Source: a virus. From it: a stretch of 64,000 nt of DNA. Of the stretch, positions 50,285-59,453 are shown in pieces. Each line of letters opens with the position of its first letter. Position 1 is the stretch's first letter. The stretch lies in the IMG/VR virus record IMGVR_UViG_3300046777_001575, positions 14,478 to 78,477 of that record; one strand, given 5' to 3'. Position numbers and translations under genes: made by a program. The notes below the pieces were generated by a model, which was not told the DNA's origin, searched no databases, and worked only from the letters and a program-made list of their open reading frames with translations.

Positions 50285-50432
50285 AAATCAAGTATACCAG
50301 ATTTCAGATTTGTTGTCAGATTTCTCATTTAGATAAAATTGGAATATTTTGTTCAGATGTACGATACATACTACAAAAAAAATAAACACAAAAAAATAGT
50401 GCGCCCATTAGGGACACACTAGATCATTTAGT

Positions 50433-50684
50433 TTATTTAATGACCCCCGCTTGCATAAGGGCTACATACCGCTTAGCAATTCTAATTGCCATAGGGTGAG
50501 GGGTAGGGCGTAGCGCACCTTTTTCCCATGTGGCAGGATACTTATTGTTAATTCGTTGAGCAACACGAATTGGTAATTCATACTTAGGGCGAGGTGCATA
50601 ACCTGCAGCCTCTAAGCCAAATTCTTTAGCAATGTCAGAACGAATTTCGTTATAGTAGTTATTTAGTGTAGTCATTTTGACCAC
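50433..50684 (-). CDS. Hypothetical protein
   Basis: SD GAAAGG; leftward promoter TTGACT-N17-TAGTAT at ~50712-50740. Confidence 0.6.
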   Translation of the reverse strand: MVKMTTLNNYYNEIRSDIAKEFGLEAAGYAPRPKYELPIRVAQRINNKYPATWEKGALRPTPHPMAIRIAKRYVALMQAGVIK

Positions 50685-50878
50685 CTTTCTTTTTTAATTC
50701 TTATAGTAGTAATACTAGCATAGAAATGTCAAAAAGTCAAGTTTAGACACGGACAAATCGGACATTTTCTTTGTGATTTAGACCACATGACAAATCGGAC
50801 ATATTGGACACACGTCTGTCAAGTCGACACGCCGATAATGCTATGATCGTTACGGAAATGTTATAATTCCCCTAAAAA

Positions 50879-50894
50879 TGTGATGTGATTCACA
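50879..50894. promoter_or_regulatory. CRP/GlxR-type box TGTGA-N6-TCACA (representative)
   Basis: Perfect copies at 50879, 52199, 53231, 54599, 60311; 1-mismatch copies at 50772, 52075, 55853, 56141, 58197. Confidence 0.75.
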
Positions 50895-50934
50895 ATCCCA
50901 ATTGTTCTAAATGTCCGTTTTGTACCCCTCAATT

Positions 50935-50956
50935 TGTCAGACCCCCCTGCTACACT
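50935..50956 (+). promoter_or_regulatory. RecA-NDp/PafBC-type promoter TGTCAG-N10-TACACT
   Basis: Exact spacing; first of 8 copies. Confidence 0.75.
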
Positions 50957-51012
50957 TGTAGGTATACAAGGTTGAAAAAGAAGTAAGCCCCTAAAAGAAA
51001 GGTAGTTTCTAA

Positions 51013-51999
51013 ATGACTACACTAACAATAATCGAAGTATGTAAAACACATACACCTAATAAATCTGCTATCTCTATGGTAGGAGATGACCAATTCACTT
51101 TCTGTGAGGTCTGTGAAAATAACATAGAGCGTTGGTATAACGATACCGACCCAGAGCGTCTACCTATGTGGACAGATTGGAAAGTGTCTAAATGATAAAA
51201 GACTACATTGACCAAAATGAGTTTTATCTTATCAAAGATGAACAACATTTTTGCTGTGGCGAAAGCCAATTCGTCTATGTGTGTAAATCACACGGAGAAC
51301 AAATGGATTGCTACTTTTGCGGTTTCGACTACTCTACAGATTGCGAGGAACAACACTAATGACTACACTACTACGCCTTGACTCCGTATGTGGAAAGACA
51401 CATACTTTCGTTGATGTCTATGACATAAACCTAAACCCTCACGGCTCTATCTGCTGTGATAACTGTCAATCAATCCTAATGTGCCGAGAGGCATGGGACT
51501 ATCTCTATAAGGAGAATAACTAATGCCAGTATTTGAGTTTACCACTTTTATCAACATTGAGGCAGATAACTATGATGATGCAATTGATGTATTTGACTAT
51601 AAACTAAAAACAGGAATAAACAGAAGCGATGTCTATGTCGCAGAAATTGAGGAACAGTAAATGACTAAATACAATGTGCTTATTTCTTATGTCGTAGAGG
51701 CAGAAGATGAAATGAGAGCGGTATTCGCTCTAAACAAATCACTCTATCCACTAAGTGAAAATGAATTAGAAAAGTTTAACGCTTTTCATGTAGAGGAGGC
51801 TACACAATGAAAACACTACAAGAAAAATTAGATGAAGCCGCTCTAGCACTAGAGCCAATCTTATGGGAAACACTAAAAGAAATTGAGGAAAACTAAAATG
51901 GAAAAAGATTTATTCGGATTTGCTGATGCAATTAATTTGGATCATCTCAACTTAGAACAACTAAAAGAATTAGAAAAACTTTTAGAAAAAATAAAATAA
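51013..51999 (+). CDS. Operon of seven tiny early genes (51013-51195, 51192-51359, 51359-51523, 51523-51660, 51661-51810, 51807-51896, 51898-51999)
   Basis: Mostly ATGA/TAATG overlaps or abutting, several with SD; the first three are Cys/His-rich. Confidence 0.7.
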
Positions 52000-52049
52000 A
52001 AAAACAATTTTGCAGAAATAAAAACTCTGCAAAAATTGCACGTGCAGAG

Positions 52050-52070
52050 TTATCCACAGGCTGTGTATAA
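52050..52070. promoter_or_regulatory. Paired DnaA boxes
   Basis: TTATCCACA-ggc-TGTGTATAA; similar pairs at 53197/53209, 58161/58173 and 63549/63561, plus 63636. Confidence 0.7.
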
Positions 52071-52242
52071 CTTATGTGGTATAAATCACATACGACACGC
52101 CGTGTTTGGGCTTGACTTTTTGAGTTTTGTGTGATAGTCTTACTACATAAGAAAAACTAAATAAAGGACAAATTGGCTAATGAGCCTAAGCAAATAAATG
52201 TGAGATAAATCACAGTGAGCCTTAGCAAATAAGTAGCCAAAA

Positions 52243-52264
52243 TGTCAGACCCCTCTGATAGGAT
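52243..52264 (+). promoter_or_regulatory. PafBC-type promoter TGTCAG-N10-TAGGAT
   Basis: Exact spacing. Confidence 0.75.
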
Positions 52265-52295
52265 AGTCTTATCAAAATAAAGAAAGGAAGTCAAA

Positions 52296-53146
52296 ATGAC
52301 TTACACTATAACACTAGAAACCTTCAATGGTTCAACTAAAAAAATCGCTCTCCCTTCTCGTGGTGCGGTTGCTCAATTCATCTCAACTTATCCAACACAA
52401 CTTCCCGTAGGTGTTGCGGTAAAAGTATCTTGCGACGCTTTAGGCGTTAGCGGAACACTAAGAGGAAAGGCGGTTCTCTAATGATAAACTCCGTTCTAAC
52501 AATTCCTTGTGATGAATGTAATTCAACAGGTCTAATCTTTTTTGGTAATGATTTTGACTATGATGTAGAAACCTGCTCTTGTGATTTTGGCAAAGAACAA
52601 GACCTCAATTTTTTCAACAACTAAAAGAATAGGAAATAAAAATAATGACAAAAATAATTGAACACTCTCTAAAGTTTGTAACCGAGTTTGATGAAACTCA
52701 TCCAGTATCACAGCAAGCCCTTGCTATTCCTCACTCAGAATTAGTAAAAATGCTTGAGCAAATGCTAAAAGAATTAGTCGTGCCTGCACTTGGTCCAGTT
52801 ATTGAGGAAATAAATAAAAATGGTTCTTATGCAATTCTAAAGGTGGCCGAATAATGATGACACGAAAAGACTATGTAGCAACTGCTGAAATTTTATCTTC
52901 TTATAAAGATTTAATCGCTGATGAATTTACTTTTCAAGATTTAGTAAATGATTTTGGTGCAATGTTTGAGGCAGATAATCCAAGATTTAATTTTGAAACT
53001 TTTAGAGAGGCTTGTGAAAAATGAATAGACTACTAACAACTATTGTTCAACTATTTTTAGCGGGAACTGTTTTTATTTTATTCCGCATGATGTTGCCAAT
53101 GTTAAAAGAAGATTTGCAAGAAATAAAAAACGATTTGCAAAAGTAA
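52296..53146 (+). CDS. Operon of five small early genes (52296-52481, 52481-52624, 52645-52854, 52854-53024, 53021-53146)
   Basis: Coupled ORFs; 52854 has the phage-common MTRKDY…DNPRF…F..AC pattern. Confidence 0.7.
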
Positions 53147-53151
53147 ATTGT

Positions 53152-53178
53152 GATCCTGAGCAAGATTCAAAACTGCTC
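53152..53178 (+). ncRNA. H-type pseudoknot element, copy 1
   Basis: GAUC-CU-GAGCA-A-GAUU-CAAAAC-UGCUC. Confidence 0.7.
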
Positions 53179-53377
53179 AAATTTTGGACGTGGGACTTAT
53201 CCACAGGCTGTGGAAAACCTTTAAGTACGATGTGAGATTTATCACATGGCTTGAGCGTCTCATTATTTAAGATTACTCGCTAGTAAGTTGATATTTTTTA
53301 TCTAATAGGATAGACTTACATAGTAAGAAAAAATAAATAAAGAAAGTCTATTTATCTACGGCGTGTCTAACCGAAAA

Positions 53378-53399
53378 TGTCAGACCCCTATGCTAAGAT
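53378..53399 (+). promoter_or_regulatory. PafBC-type promoter TGTCAG-N10-TAAGAT
   Basis: Exact spacing. Confidence 0.75.
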
Positions 53400-53432
53400 A
53401 GAATTATCAACAAAAAAGAAAGAGGTTGCCCA

Positions 53433-54531
53433 ATGGCTACTAAACTATACACAATAGAAAACCTACTTGTAGGAAAAACTTATCGTTCTAACTCTCGCCA
53501 CTTTGAGGGAGAAATTGTTTCTGCCCGACCAAGAACAGAAATTTGGTATGGCGAAAATACAGAAGCCTATCTAATTGAAGTAAATACTCGCAGTTTGCGA
53601 AATAAGTTTGCGACTATCGCAGTAAAGGTTGGTGAATAATAATGGGATACATAGAGATTTTTAGAATTGACAATGAAGGCGCAGGTTGGATAGACTTGTC
53701 CCAAGCCAATAGCGATGAATTGTTTAATTTAGAGTTAGGCTTACTTAATGAAGGCGCACTATTTACAACGAAAGAGGCAGACTAATGGAATACCTATACG
53801 CAGTTACTAGCACTAATGATAACGATACTAACCCTGAGTGGGTTGGTCGCTATTCTAATGCCCTTGAAGCAGTAAATGTCTTTAATAGTTTTATTGACTA
53901 TGGTGATGCAAAAGAGTATCGCACAGTTAATTTATCAGAGCCTTCAGGCAAAATGCACACTAAGATTTTTTATACTAATGGAACAGTAGGAGGTAAGTAA
54001 TAATGGGTTCAGTTACAGCAATAGGGTTGGCAGATAGTGTCCTTGACCTTGAAACACAATTACTTTATCACCTTAGAGGTAATCACTATCCTCCAGTCCC
54101 CGCAGAAATGGTAACACCTTGTATTGAAGCAATTGATGCTGCCTATGAAGAAGACTATGACCGCATGATTGACATGCCTATGGTTGGCGACTTTCAAATT
54201 ACTTATAAAGGTAGCAAGCAAGCACCTGCATGGGCTATCATAGAGCAACACCACCTTCAATTTTTTATTGACCCAGTAGATGAGGATTGAAATGTCTGAT
54301 ACAATGATTGACATGGAACTAGTCTTTGCAGATAACTTAACACCAGATCAATTAATGATTGGTGATTTAATTAAAATTGGTGACGACATTCTTGAAGTAA
54401 AATTTATTGAAAGTGATTCTACTGGAGATAACTACGACATACAAACTGAAAACGAATTTGGTGAAACAGAATTTACACAGTATAGTTATACTGATTTAAT
54501 TCCGTTGTATGTTTTTATTCAAGAAGAATAA
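53433..54531 (+). CDS. Operon of five small early genes (53433-53639, 53642-53785, 53785-54000, 54003-54290, ~54292-54531)
   Basis: Closely packed ORFs with SD sequences. Confidence 0.7.
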
Positions 54532-54660
54532 TAAAAATATTTTTATGCACTTCCCCGCATAAAAATGCACGTCCCGCAGTCGGGCGTGTCGTGATCTATG
54601 TGAGATTGATCACATTAAGCAGATTTGACATTTTCCCCCGATTTATGATAAGATTATTTT

Positions 54661-54807
54661 ATGAAAAAAACACCAGAGGAATTACGCAGGCTTATGGAAT
54701 TGCGCCGTAGCAATGCTGCTTCTGCCGTGCCCTCTAAAAAAGCCTACTCTCGCAAGGGTAGAAAATGTCAGTCTGAAATGCTACAATTAAAATATAAAAA
54801 CTACTAA
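54661..54807 (+). CDS. Small basic protein (leaderless)
   Basis: TTGACA-N18-TAAGAT-N6-ATG; MKKTPEELRRLMELRRSNAASAVPSKKAYSRKG…. Confidence 0.65.
   Translation: MKKTPEELRRLMELRRSNAASAVPSKKAYSRKGRKCQSEMLQLKYKNY
54766..54787 (+). promoter_or_regulatory. PafBC-type promoter TGTCAG-N10-TACAAT (inside an ORF)
   Basis: Exact spacing; precedes 54824-55000 and the GP88-like gene. Confidence 0.7.
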
Positions 54808-54989
54808 GAAAGGTCGTGCCCCCATGACATTCGAAAACGATGAATTCTATGATGAATTCTATGCAACAATATGCCCTTCATGCAATGAAAATTCAATAGA
54901 TGAAAATGATGAAAAGTGTGGCTCATGCATGCTAGATGAATTGGCTGAAACCTACAATGAGGATATTGCCTTAGAAATGAGCCTAGGCC

Positions 54990-55724
54990 TTGACTACTAA
55001 TACACTTAAACTAAAACGCTCTAATGATAGAAAGGTGGCTAACCTTGTCACAAAAAATGGAAAACAAGCCGCAATTGCCAACACATTCGGATTACCCGCA
55101 GGAAAAAACTATTCATGTCCTGGCGCTACGAGTGTCTGCGAAACTGTTTGCTACGCTGGCAAATTGGAAAAAATATTCCCAGGAGTAAAAACTAATTTAC
55201 TACATAACTGGGACCTGTTAAAAGACGCAGATCTTACAACTATGTACACTTTACTTTCTGATATGATTGCAGAATTTAAAACTGATTGTGTAAAGAAAGA
55301 CGCACCTATGCTATTCCGCATTCACTGGGACGGAGATTTCTTTAGCGATGAGTACGCACACGCATGGCGCATGGTTATTGAAGAACAACCCGACATTCAA
55401 TTCTGGGTATACACACGAGTAAAGTCTGCAGCGCTTATTCTTAAGGATGTATCTAATCTTTCACTTTATTTTAGTACTGATAGTGAGAATGTAAAAACTG
55501 GCGTTGACTTAAAAAATCAAAACGGTATTCGTCTTGCATACCTTGCTAAAAATTTCGCAATAGGTCAAGCAGACATGAAAGAAATGATTGGTAAGCCTGG
55601 CGCTAAATGTCCAGAAAATGCAAAACGCATTCCACTAATTAGCAATGCAGGCTCCGCTTGTGTTTCTTGCTCACTTTGTGTATACTCTAAAGCAGACATA
55701 GTTTTTTCTGCAACTAAGAAATGA
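54990..55724 (+). CDS. Gene-product-88-like (radical-SAM-related Cys cluster) phage protein
   Basis: FGLPAG…CPGATSVCETVCYA, FRIHWDGDF, FWVYTR, C-terminal CP…CVSCSLC. Confidence 0.75.
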   Translation: MTTNTLKLKRSNDRKVANLVTKNGKQAAIANTFGLPAGKNYSCPGATSVCETVCYAGKLEKIFPGVKTNLLHNWDLLKDADLTTMYTLLSDMIAEFKTDCVKKDAPMLFRIHWDGDFFSDEYAHAWRMVIEEQPDIQFWVYTRVKSAALILKDVSNLSLYFSTDSENVKTGVDLKNQNGIRLAYLAKNFAIGQADMKEMIGKPGAKCPENAKRIPLISNAGSACVSCSLCVYSKADIVFSATKK

Positions 55725-55961
55725 GTTAAAGTGAGTAATACACAAATTATTTTTTTCTTTTGGTGTTTAGTTCTTTTATTTTTTATGCAATGATCGCAAA
55801 GGTGGGCACGTCCGCAAAATCTAATTTGTCAAGTTACGACACGCCTTTAAGATGTGATTAAGGACACACTCAAAATCCTCCCCTGAATTGGTATTTTTGA
55901 CATTTTTCTGCTAAAATTATAATGTAGGAAAAACCCCCACAACAGAAAGGCAAGACCCAAA

Positions 55962-56132
55962 ATGACACTTCACGGATACACTTACCAAATTGGTGATTTA
56001 TTCACAACAAGTAAGACAGGCGTTACAGGTCGTATCGCAGGTTTTACACCAATGTCTAATAAGGTTACTAGAGTTAGTCTGGTTTTGGCAAATGGCTCAC
56101 GCCGTTTGGCTATGGTCAAGACAAGCAAGTAA
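55962..56132 (+). CDS. Small beta-barrel (SH3/KOW-like) protein
   Basis: MTLHGYTYQIGDLFTTSKTGVTGRI…; SD GAAAGG. Confidence 0.65.
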   Translation: MTLHGYTYQIGDLFTTSKTGVTGRIAGFTPMSNKVTRVSLVLANGSRRLAMVKTSK

Positions 56133-56239
56133 TCTCACATTGTGAGAAATGTCAGAAATGGATTTGACATTTTTATCCCCAAAATGTTATACTTAGGTAT
56201 AACCAAATAACAACCCCTAACAGAAAAGGAAATAAACAA

Positions 56240-56404
56240 ATGGCAGTAAATACAGCACTATACAAGGTCGGAGATACTTTCACAACACAGAAGTCAAAGA
56301 TTACAGGAACTATCTTGGAAATCAACCCACAGGCTAATGGTAATGTTCGTGTAAAGTTAGATGTAGATGGCAAGGCTCGCTACACAACTTGGACAGCAAA
56401 GTAA
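56240..56404 (+). CDS. Small beta-barrel protein, paralog of 55962-56132
   Basis: MAVNTALYKVGDTFTTQKSKITGTI…; own promoter TTGACA-N18-TATACT. Confidence 0.65.
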   Translation: MAVNTALYKVGDTFTTQKSKITGTILEINPQANGNVRVKLDVDGKARYTTWTAK

Positions 56405-56421
56405 TTTAGCAAACGCTAAAA

Positions 56422-56450
56422 AGTCCTGAGCAAGACTACTAAAACTGCTC
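56422..56450 (+). ncRNA. H-type pseudoknot element, copy 2
   Basis: AGUC-CU-GAGCA-A-GACU-ACUAAAAC-UGCUC. Confidence 0.75.
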
Positions 56451-56487
56451 AACACAACCCCCAACTAACAGAAAAGGAAAAGACCCA

Positions 56488-56913
56488 ATGGCTAGAAACG
56501 GAAAATCTATCAGCGTGAAAATCGCTACACCTAAAGTAATCAAGGCACTAGAAACACGCCTTGCTGAGTTAGAAAAGTCATACGCCACACAAGGCGAGAA
56601 CGAGGCAAAGTATCAGAAAGCCCGTGATAAGTGGCAAAAGGAAATCGGTAAGTGGGCTGTTGCTAACTTTGCTAAGGCAGAGAACATCAGAACAAACTAT
56701 CGTAATTGGAACAAAACCCTAAATGTGGATTTTGACCTTATTGTAAATGAAAGTGATTTCCCTAAAGAGCCTGAAAAGGACTTTGAGGTAATCCACTCAC
56801 ACTCTTACAATGAGATGAAAGAGGAAATCACGAACGCAATTCGTATCCTCAAAATGACAGATGAGGAAGTTGTAAATACTTCCACATACAACGCTATTGC
56901 TCGTTATCTATAA
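56488..56913 (+). CDS. Hypothetical protein
   Basis: 141 aa; SD AAAGGA. Confidence 0.75.
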   Translation: MARNGKSISVKIATPKVIKALETRLAELEKSYATQGENEAKYQKARDKWQKEIGKWAVANFAKAENIRTNYRNWNKTLNVDFDLIVNESDFPKEPEKDFEVIHSHSYNEMKEEITNAIRILKMTDEEVVNTSTYNAIARYL

Positions 56914-56923
56914 ATAACAGCAA

Positions 56924-56950
56924 CCACCTGAGTAAGTGGCTAAACTGCTC
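56924..56950 (+). ncRNA. H-type pseudoknot element, copy 3
   Basis: CCAC-CU-GAGUA-A-GUGG-CUAAAC-UGCUC. Confidence 0.75.
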
Positions 56951-57017
56951 CCCGCAATCCCCCTGCGTTCAAGGCAGAGTTTCTGCGAAAGTCCCCTGGG
57001 GGATCATAAACGGGTAT

Positions 57018-57047
57018 TTGACAAATGTCAGCCTCGTGCCCTATAAT
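57018..57047 (+). promoter_or_regulatory. Dual promoter: -35 TTGACA plus -26 TGTCAG sharing TATAAT
   Basis: TTGACA-aa-TGTCAG-N10-TATAAT. Confidence 0.8.
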
Positions 57048-57080
57048 TAAATAAATACCTAAAGAAAGAAGGAAGCCCCC

Positions 57081-57578
57081 ATGGGATTAGATATGTATCT
57101 TAGTGCTAAGAAGCACATGGAAAAAATTGACTGGAAAGCGCTAAGAGATAATGAGGAATTATCTTATTCATCACCTGAAGCCGTTTATCCTAAGTTTAAT
57201 GATTTAATGGAACTAACGCAACTAAGCGATGTTGCTACAGATATCTATGGTGCAAGTGTAGAGGTTACCTGTGCCTACTGGCGCAAGGCTAATCAAATTC
57301 ACAAATGGTTTGTCGATAATGTACAACAAGGTGAAGATGATTGTGATAACTACTATGTTTCACAAGATAAATTAATAGAGTTGATTGCAATATGTAAGCA
57401 TGCATTAGAAACTAAGGACCCTAGCCTGCTACCGCCGCAATCAGGATTTTTCTTTGGCAGTACAGATATTGATGAATGGTATTGGAAAGATTTAGAAAAT
57501 ACTATTAGTCAGTTAGAGCGTATCTTTGCTTTACCTGAAGTAGATAAATTATCATTCTACTACACTTCCTCTTGGTAG
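57081..57578 (+). CDS. Conserved phage hypothetical protein
   Basis: MGLDMYL…YWRKANQIHKWFV…GFFFGS…YTSSW. Confidence 0.8.
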   Translation: MGLDMYLSAKKHMEKIDWKALRDNEELSYSSPEAVYPKFNDLMELTQLSDVATDIYGASVEVTCAYWRKANQIHKWFVDNVQQGEDDCDNYYVSQDKLIELIAICKHALETKDPSLLPPQSGFFFGSTDIDEWYWKDLENTISQLERIFALPEVDKLSFYYTSSW

Positions 57579-57600
57579 GGGAAGTTAGTAGGATCCAAAA

Positions 57601-57630
57601 TTGACAATTGTCAGCGGTACCTAGTACAAT
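57601..57630 (+). promoter_or_regulatory. Dual promoter: -35 TTGACA plus -26 TGTCAG sharing TACAAT
   Basis: TTGACA-at-TGTCAG-N10-TACAAT. Confidence 0.8.
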
Positions 57631-57662
57631 TAATATTAACAACTAACAGAAAGAGGGCCCCC

Positions 57663-58088
57663 ATGGACCAGCAAGAAACAGCAGTAAAGATAGTAAACGC
57701 AACAGAAGACTTTCTTAAGTCAGAAATTGAAAAGAAGGACCAACGCATTACTCAACTAGAAGAGCACATTCAAAAAGTAACGCAGCGCTCATATGCAGAT
57801 TCTGCAGACCGTAACCGTATCACAGAGGCCATGCAAGAGTGGACCTTGGAGCAATTGGACGAAGGGTCTCTTACAGAATCACAGGCCGAAGAGATTGCAG
57901 AAATTATTGGCTTTGAGTTAACAAAAGAATTCGAAGTTGAAGTAACTGTGATGTACTCAGTCACTGTTAATGCTCGCACTGAAGAAGAAGCACAGAATGC
58001 AATTCATGATATTGATTTTGATTCTGTTTCTTATAACGATGATTCAATTTCTTATCTGTCATCCTCAATTGACAGAATAGATATTTAG
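57663..58088 (+). CDS. Hypothetical acidic coiled-coil protein
   Basis: 141 aa ORF after a promoter and SD. Confidence 0.75.
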   Translation: MDQQETAVKIVNATEDFLKSEIEKKDQRITQLEEHIQKVTQRSYADSADRNRITEAMQEWTLEQLDEGSLTESQAEEIAEIIGFELTKEFEVEVTVMYSVTVNARTEEEAQNAIHDIDFDSVSYNDDSISYLSSSIDRIDI

Positions 58089-58103
58089 TAGGGGGCTACT
58101 AAT

Positions 58104-58130
58104 AAACCTGAGCATGTTTTAAAACTGCTC
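58104..58130 (+). ncRNA. H-type pseudoknot element, copy 4
   Basis: AAAC-CU-GAGCA-U-GUUU-UAAAAC-UGCUC. Confidence 0.7.
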
Positions 58131-58261
58131 CTCTTTTCCCCAAAAAAATGCACGTGGGGTTTATCCACAGGGTTATCCACATGATCAAGATCACATTGTG
58201 AATTACGACACAGTTACGAAATGTCCGAATTATCCCATGTCTAACTATCCCGATTTGTATT

Positions 58262-58283
58262 TGTCAGCCTATCCTGCTATACT
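58262..58283 (+). promoter_or_regulatory. PafBC-type promoter TGTCAG-N10-TATACT
   Basis: Exact spacing; upstream of the DUF932 gene. Confidence 0.75.
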
Positions 58284-58314
58284 TGAAATTCAACAACAAA
58301 AAGGAGAAAAACTC

Positions 58315-59337
58315 ATGGCACATGACCTAGAAACACAAAACGGAAAAACATCTTTTGCTTCTTTCCGTGAACCTGCTTGGCATGGATTGGGAACTGTCTT
58401 CACAGAAGAAAAAACAACTGCAGAAATGCTAGAGGCTGCAAACCTCAATGGTTGGAATGTTCGTCTGGAAGATTTAGAAACCCCCTCACATCTAACAAGC
58501 GACAAGAACTACCAGTATGTTCTTCGCACTAACCCTACTGATAACACACAAACCGACATTCTTGGTGTCGTTGGTGAGCGTTATCATGTTTTGCAGAATG
58601 AAGATTTATTCTCATTTGGTGATAACATTCTTGACGGCGGTGGTCGTTGGGAAACTGCTGGCTCAATCAAGGGTGGTCGTGTTGTATTCGGTGCTCTTGC
58701 ATTAGAGCGTGAAACAATTCTAGACCCTAGCGGTGTTGCAGATAAAGTAAAAACTTATTTGCTCATCAACACATCACACGATGGCTCAATCGCAATTCAG
58801 GCTTCAATCACACCAGTGCGTGTTGTCTGCGCTAATACTCTCAACCTTGCTCTTGGTGGCGTAGGTCGTAAGAAAAATAAGGGTATCAAGCAATCATTCA
58901 AGATACGCCATACACAAACTGCAAATGGTAAAGTGCAGATTGCTCGTGAAACTCTTGGGCTTGCTAACACTTACATGGACGAATTCGATAAAATGGCTAA
59001 GGCTATGATTGAGAAGGAAGTTTCTGCTAAGCAATTCAATGACATCATTCTTGCTGCATACGCTAAGCCTGAAAAGGACGCTAAGGGTGCTTTCAAGAAA
59101 TGGGAAAATAAAGTTGATACTATCAACGACATCTATACTGGCGAATTCAATGGAATGATTGCTGGTAATGCGTGGGGTGCTTTCAATGCACTTACTGAAC
59201 GCCTTGATTGGTATCGTTCTGCTCGTGGTGGTTCTAACGAGTCAATCCTCGCAAGTGCAAGTGGTTTTGACCCTGCTATCAACGCAGAAAAAAATCGTTT
59301 GCTAAAAGTTGTGCAAAATGTAATGCAGATTGCATAA
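58315..59337 (+). CDS. DUF932 / phage-plasmid-like protein (TIGR03299 type)
   Basis: REPAWHGLG, WETAGSIKGGRVVF, YLLINTSHDGS, TPVRVVCANTL. Start re-set to MAHDLE after SD AAGGAG. Confidence 0.88.
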   Translation: MAHDLETQNGKTSFASFREPAWHGLGTVFTEEKTTAEMLEAANLNGWNVRLEDLETPSHLTSDKNYQYVLRTNPTDNTQTDILGVVGERYHVLQNEDLFSFGDNILDGGGRWETAGSIKGGRVVFGALALERETILDPSGVADKVKTYLLINTSHDGSIAIQASITPVRVVCANTLNLALGGVGRKKNKGIKQSFKIRHTQTANGKVQIARETLGLANTYMDEFDKMAKAMIEKEVSAKQFNDIILAAYAKPEKDAKGAFKKWENKVDTINDIYTGEFNGMIAGNAWGAFNALTERLDWYRSARGGSNESILASASGFDPAINAEKNRLLKVVQNVMQIA

Positions 59338-59344
59338 ATAAAAA

Positions 59345-59372
59345 ATTTCCTGAGCATGAAATAAAACTGCTC
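59345..59372 (+). ncRNA. H-type pseudoknot element, copy 5
   Basis: AUUUC-CU-GAGCA-U-GAAAU-AAAAC-UGCUC; 7 nt before the tRNA. Confidence 0.75.
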
Positions 59373-59379
59373 ACCATTA

Positions 59380-59453
59380 GGTCCGTTAGAATAGTTGGTT
59401 AGTTCGCTACCCTGTCACGGTAGAGGTCACGGGTTCAAGTCCCGTACGGATCG
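59380..59453 (+). tRNA. tRNA-Asp(GTC)
   Basis: Acceptor GGTCCGT/ACGGATC, discriminator G, anticodon arm CTACC-CTGTCAC-GGTAG, T-loop GTTCAAG; CCA not encoded. Confidence 0.93.

Noticed and set aside
50325-56170. Additional TGTCAG words (near 50325, 50633, 56150) as PafBC-type promoters
   Set aside because: No TAnnnT at the 10-nt spacing (50325 gives TAGATA, a near miss)
58198-58314. N-terminal extension of the DUF932 ORF, and likewise 62752-62973
   Set aside because: These stretches are promoter or repeat DNA; better starts with SD or leaderless signals lie downstream
53152-59372. Hammerhead ribozyme, preQ1 riboswitch or intrinsic terminator identity for the repeated CUGAG…AAAC element
   Set aside because: It lacks the CUGAnGA/GAAA three-stem core, lacks the preQ1 loop consensus and a 5'-UTR position, and has no consistent U-tract
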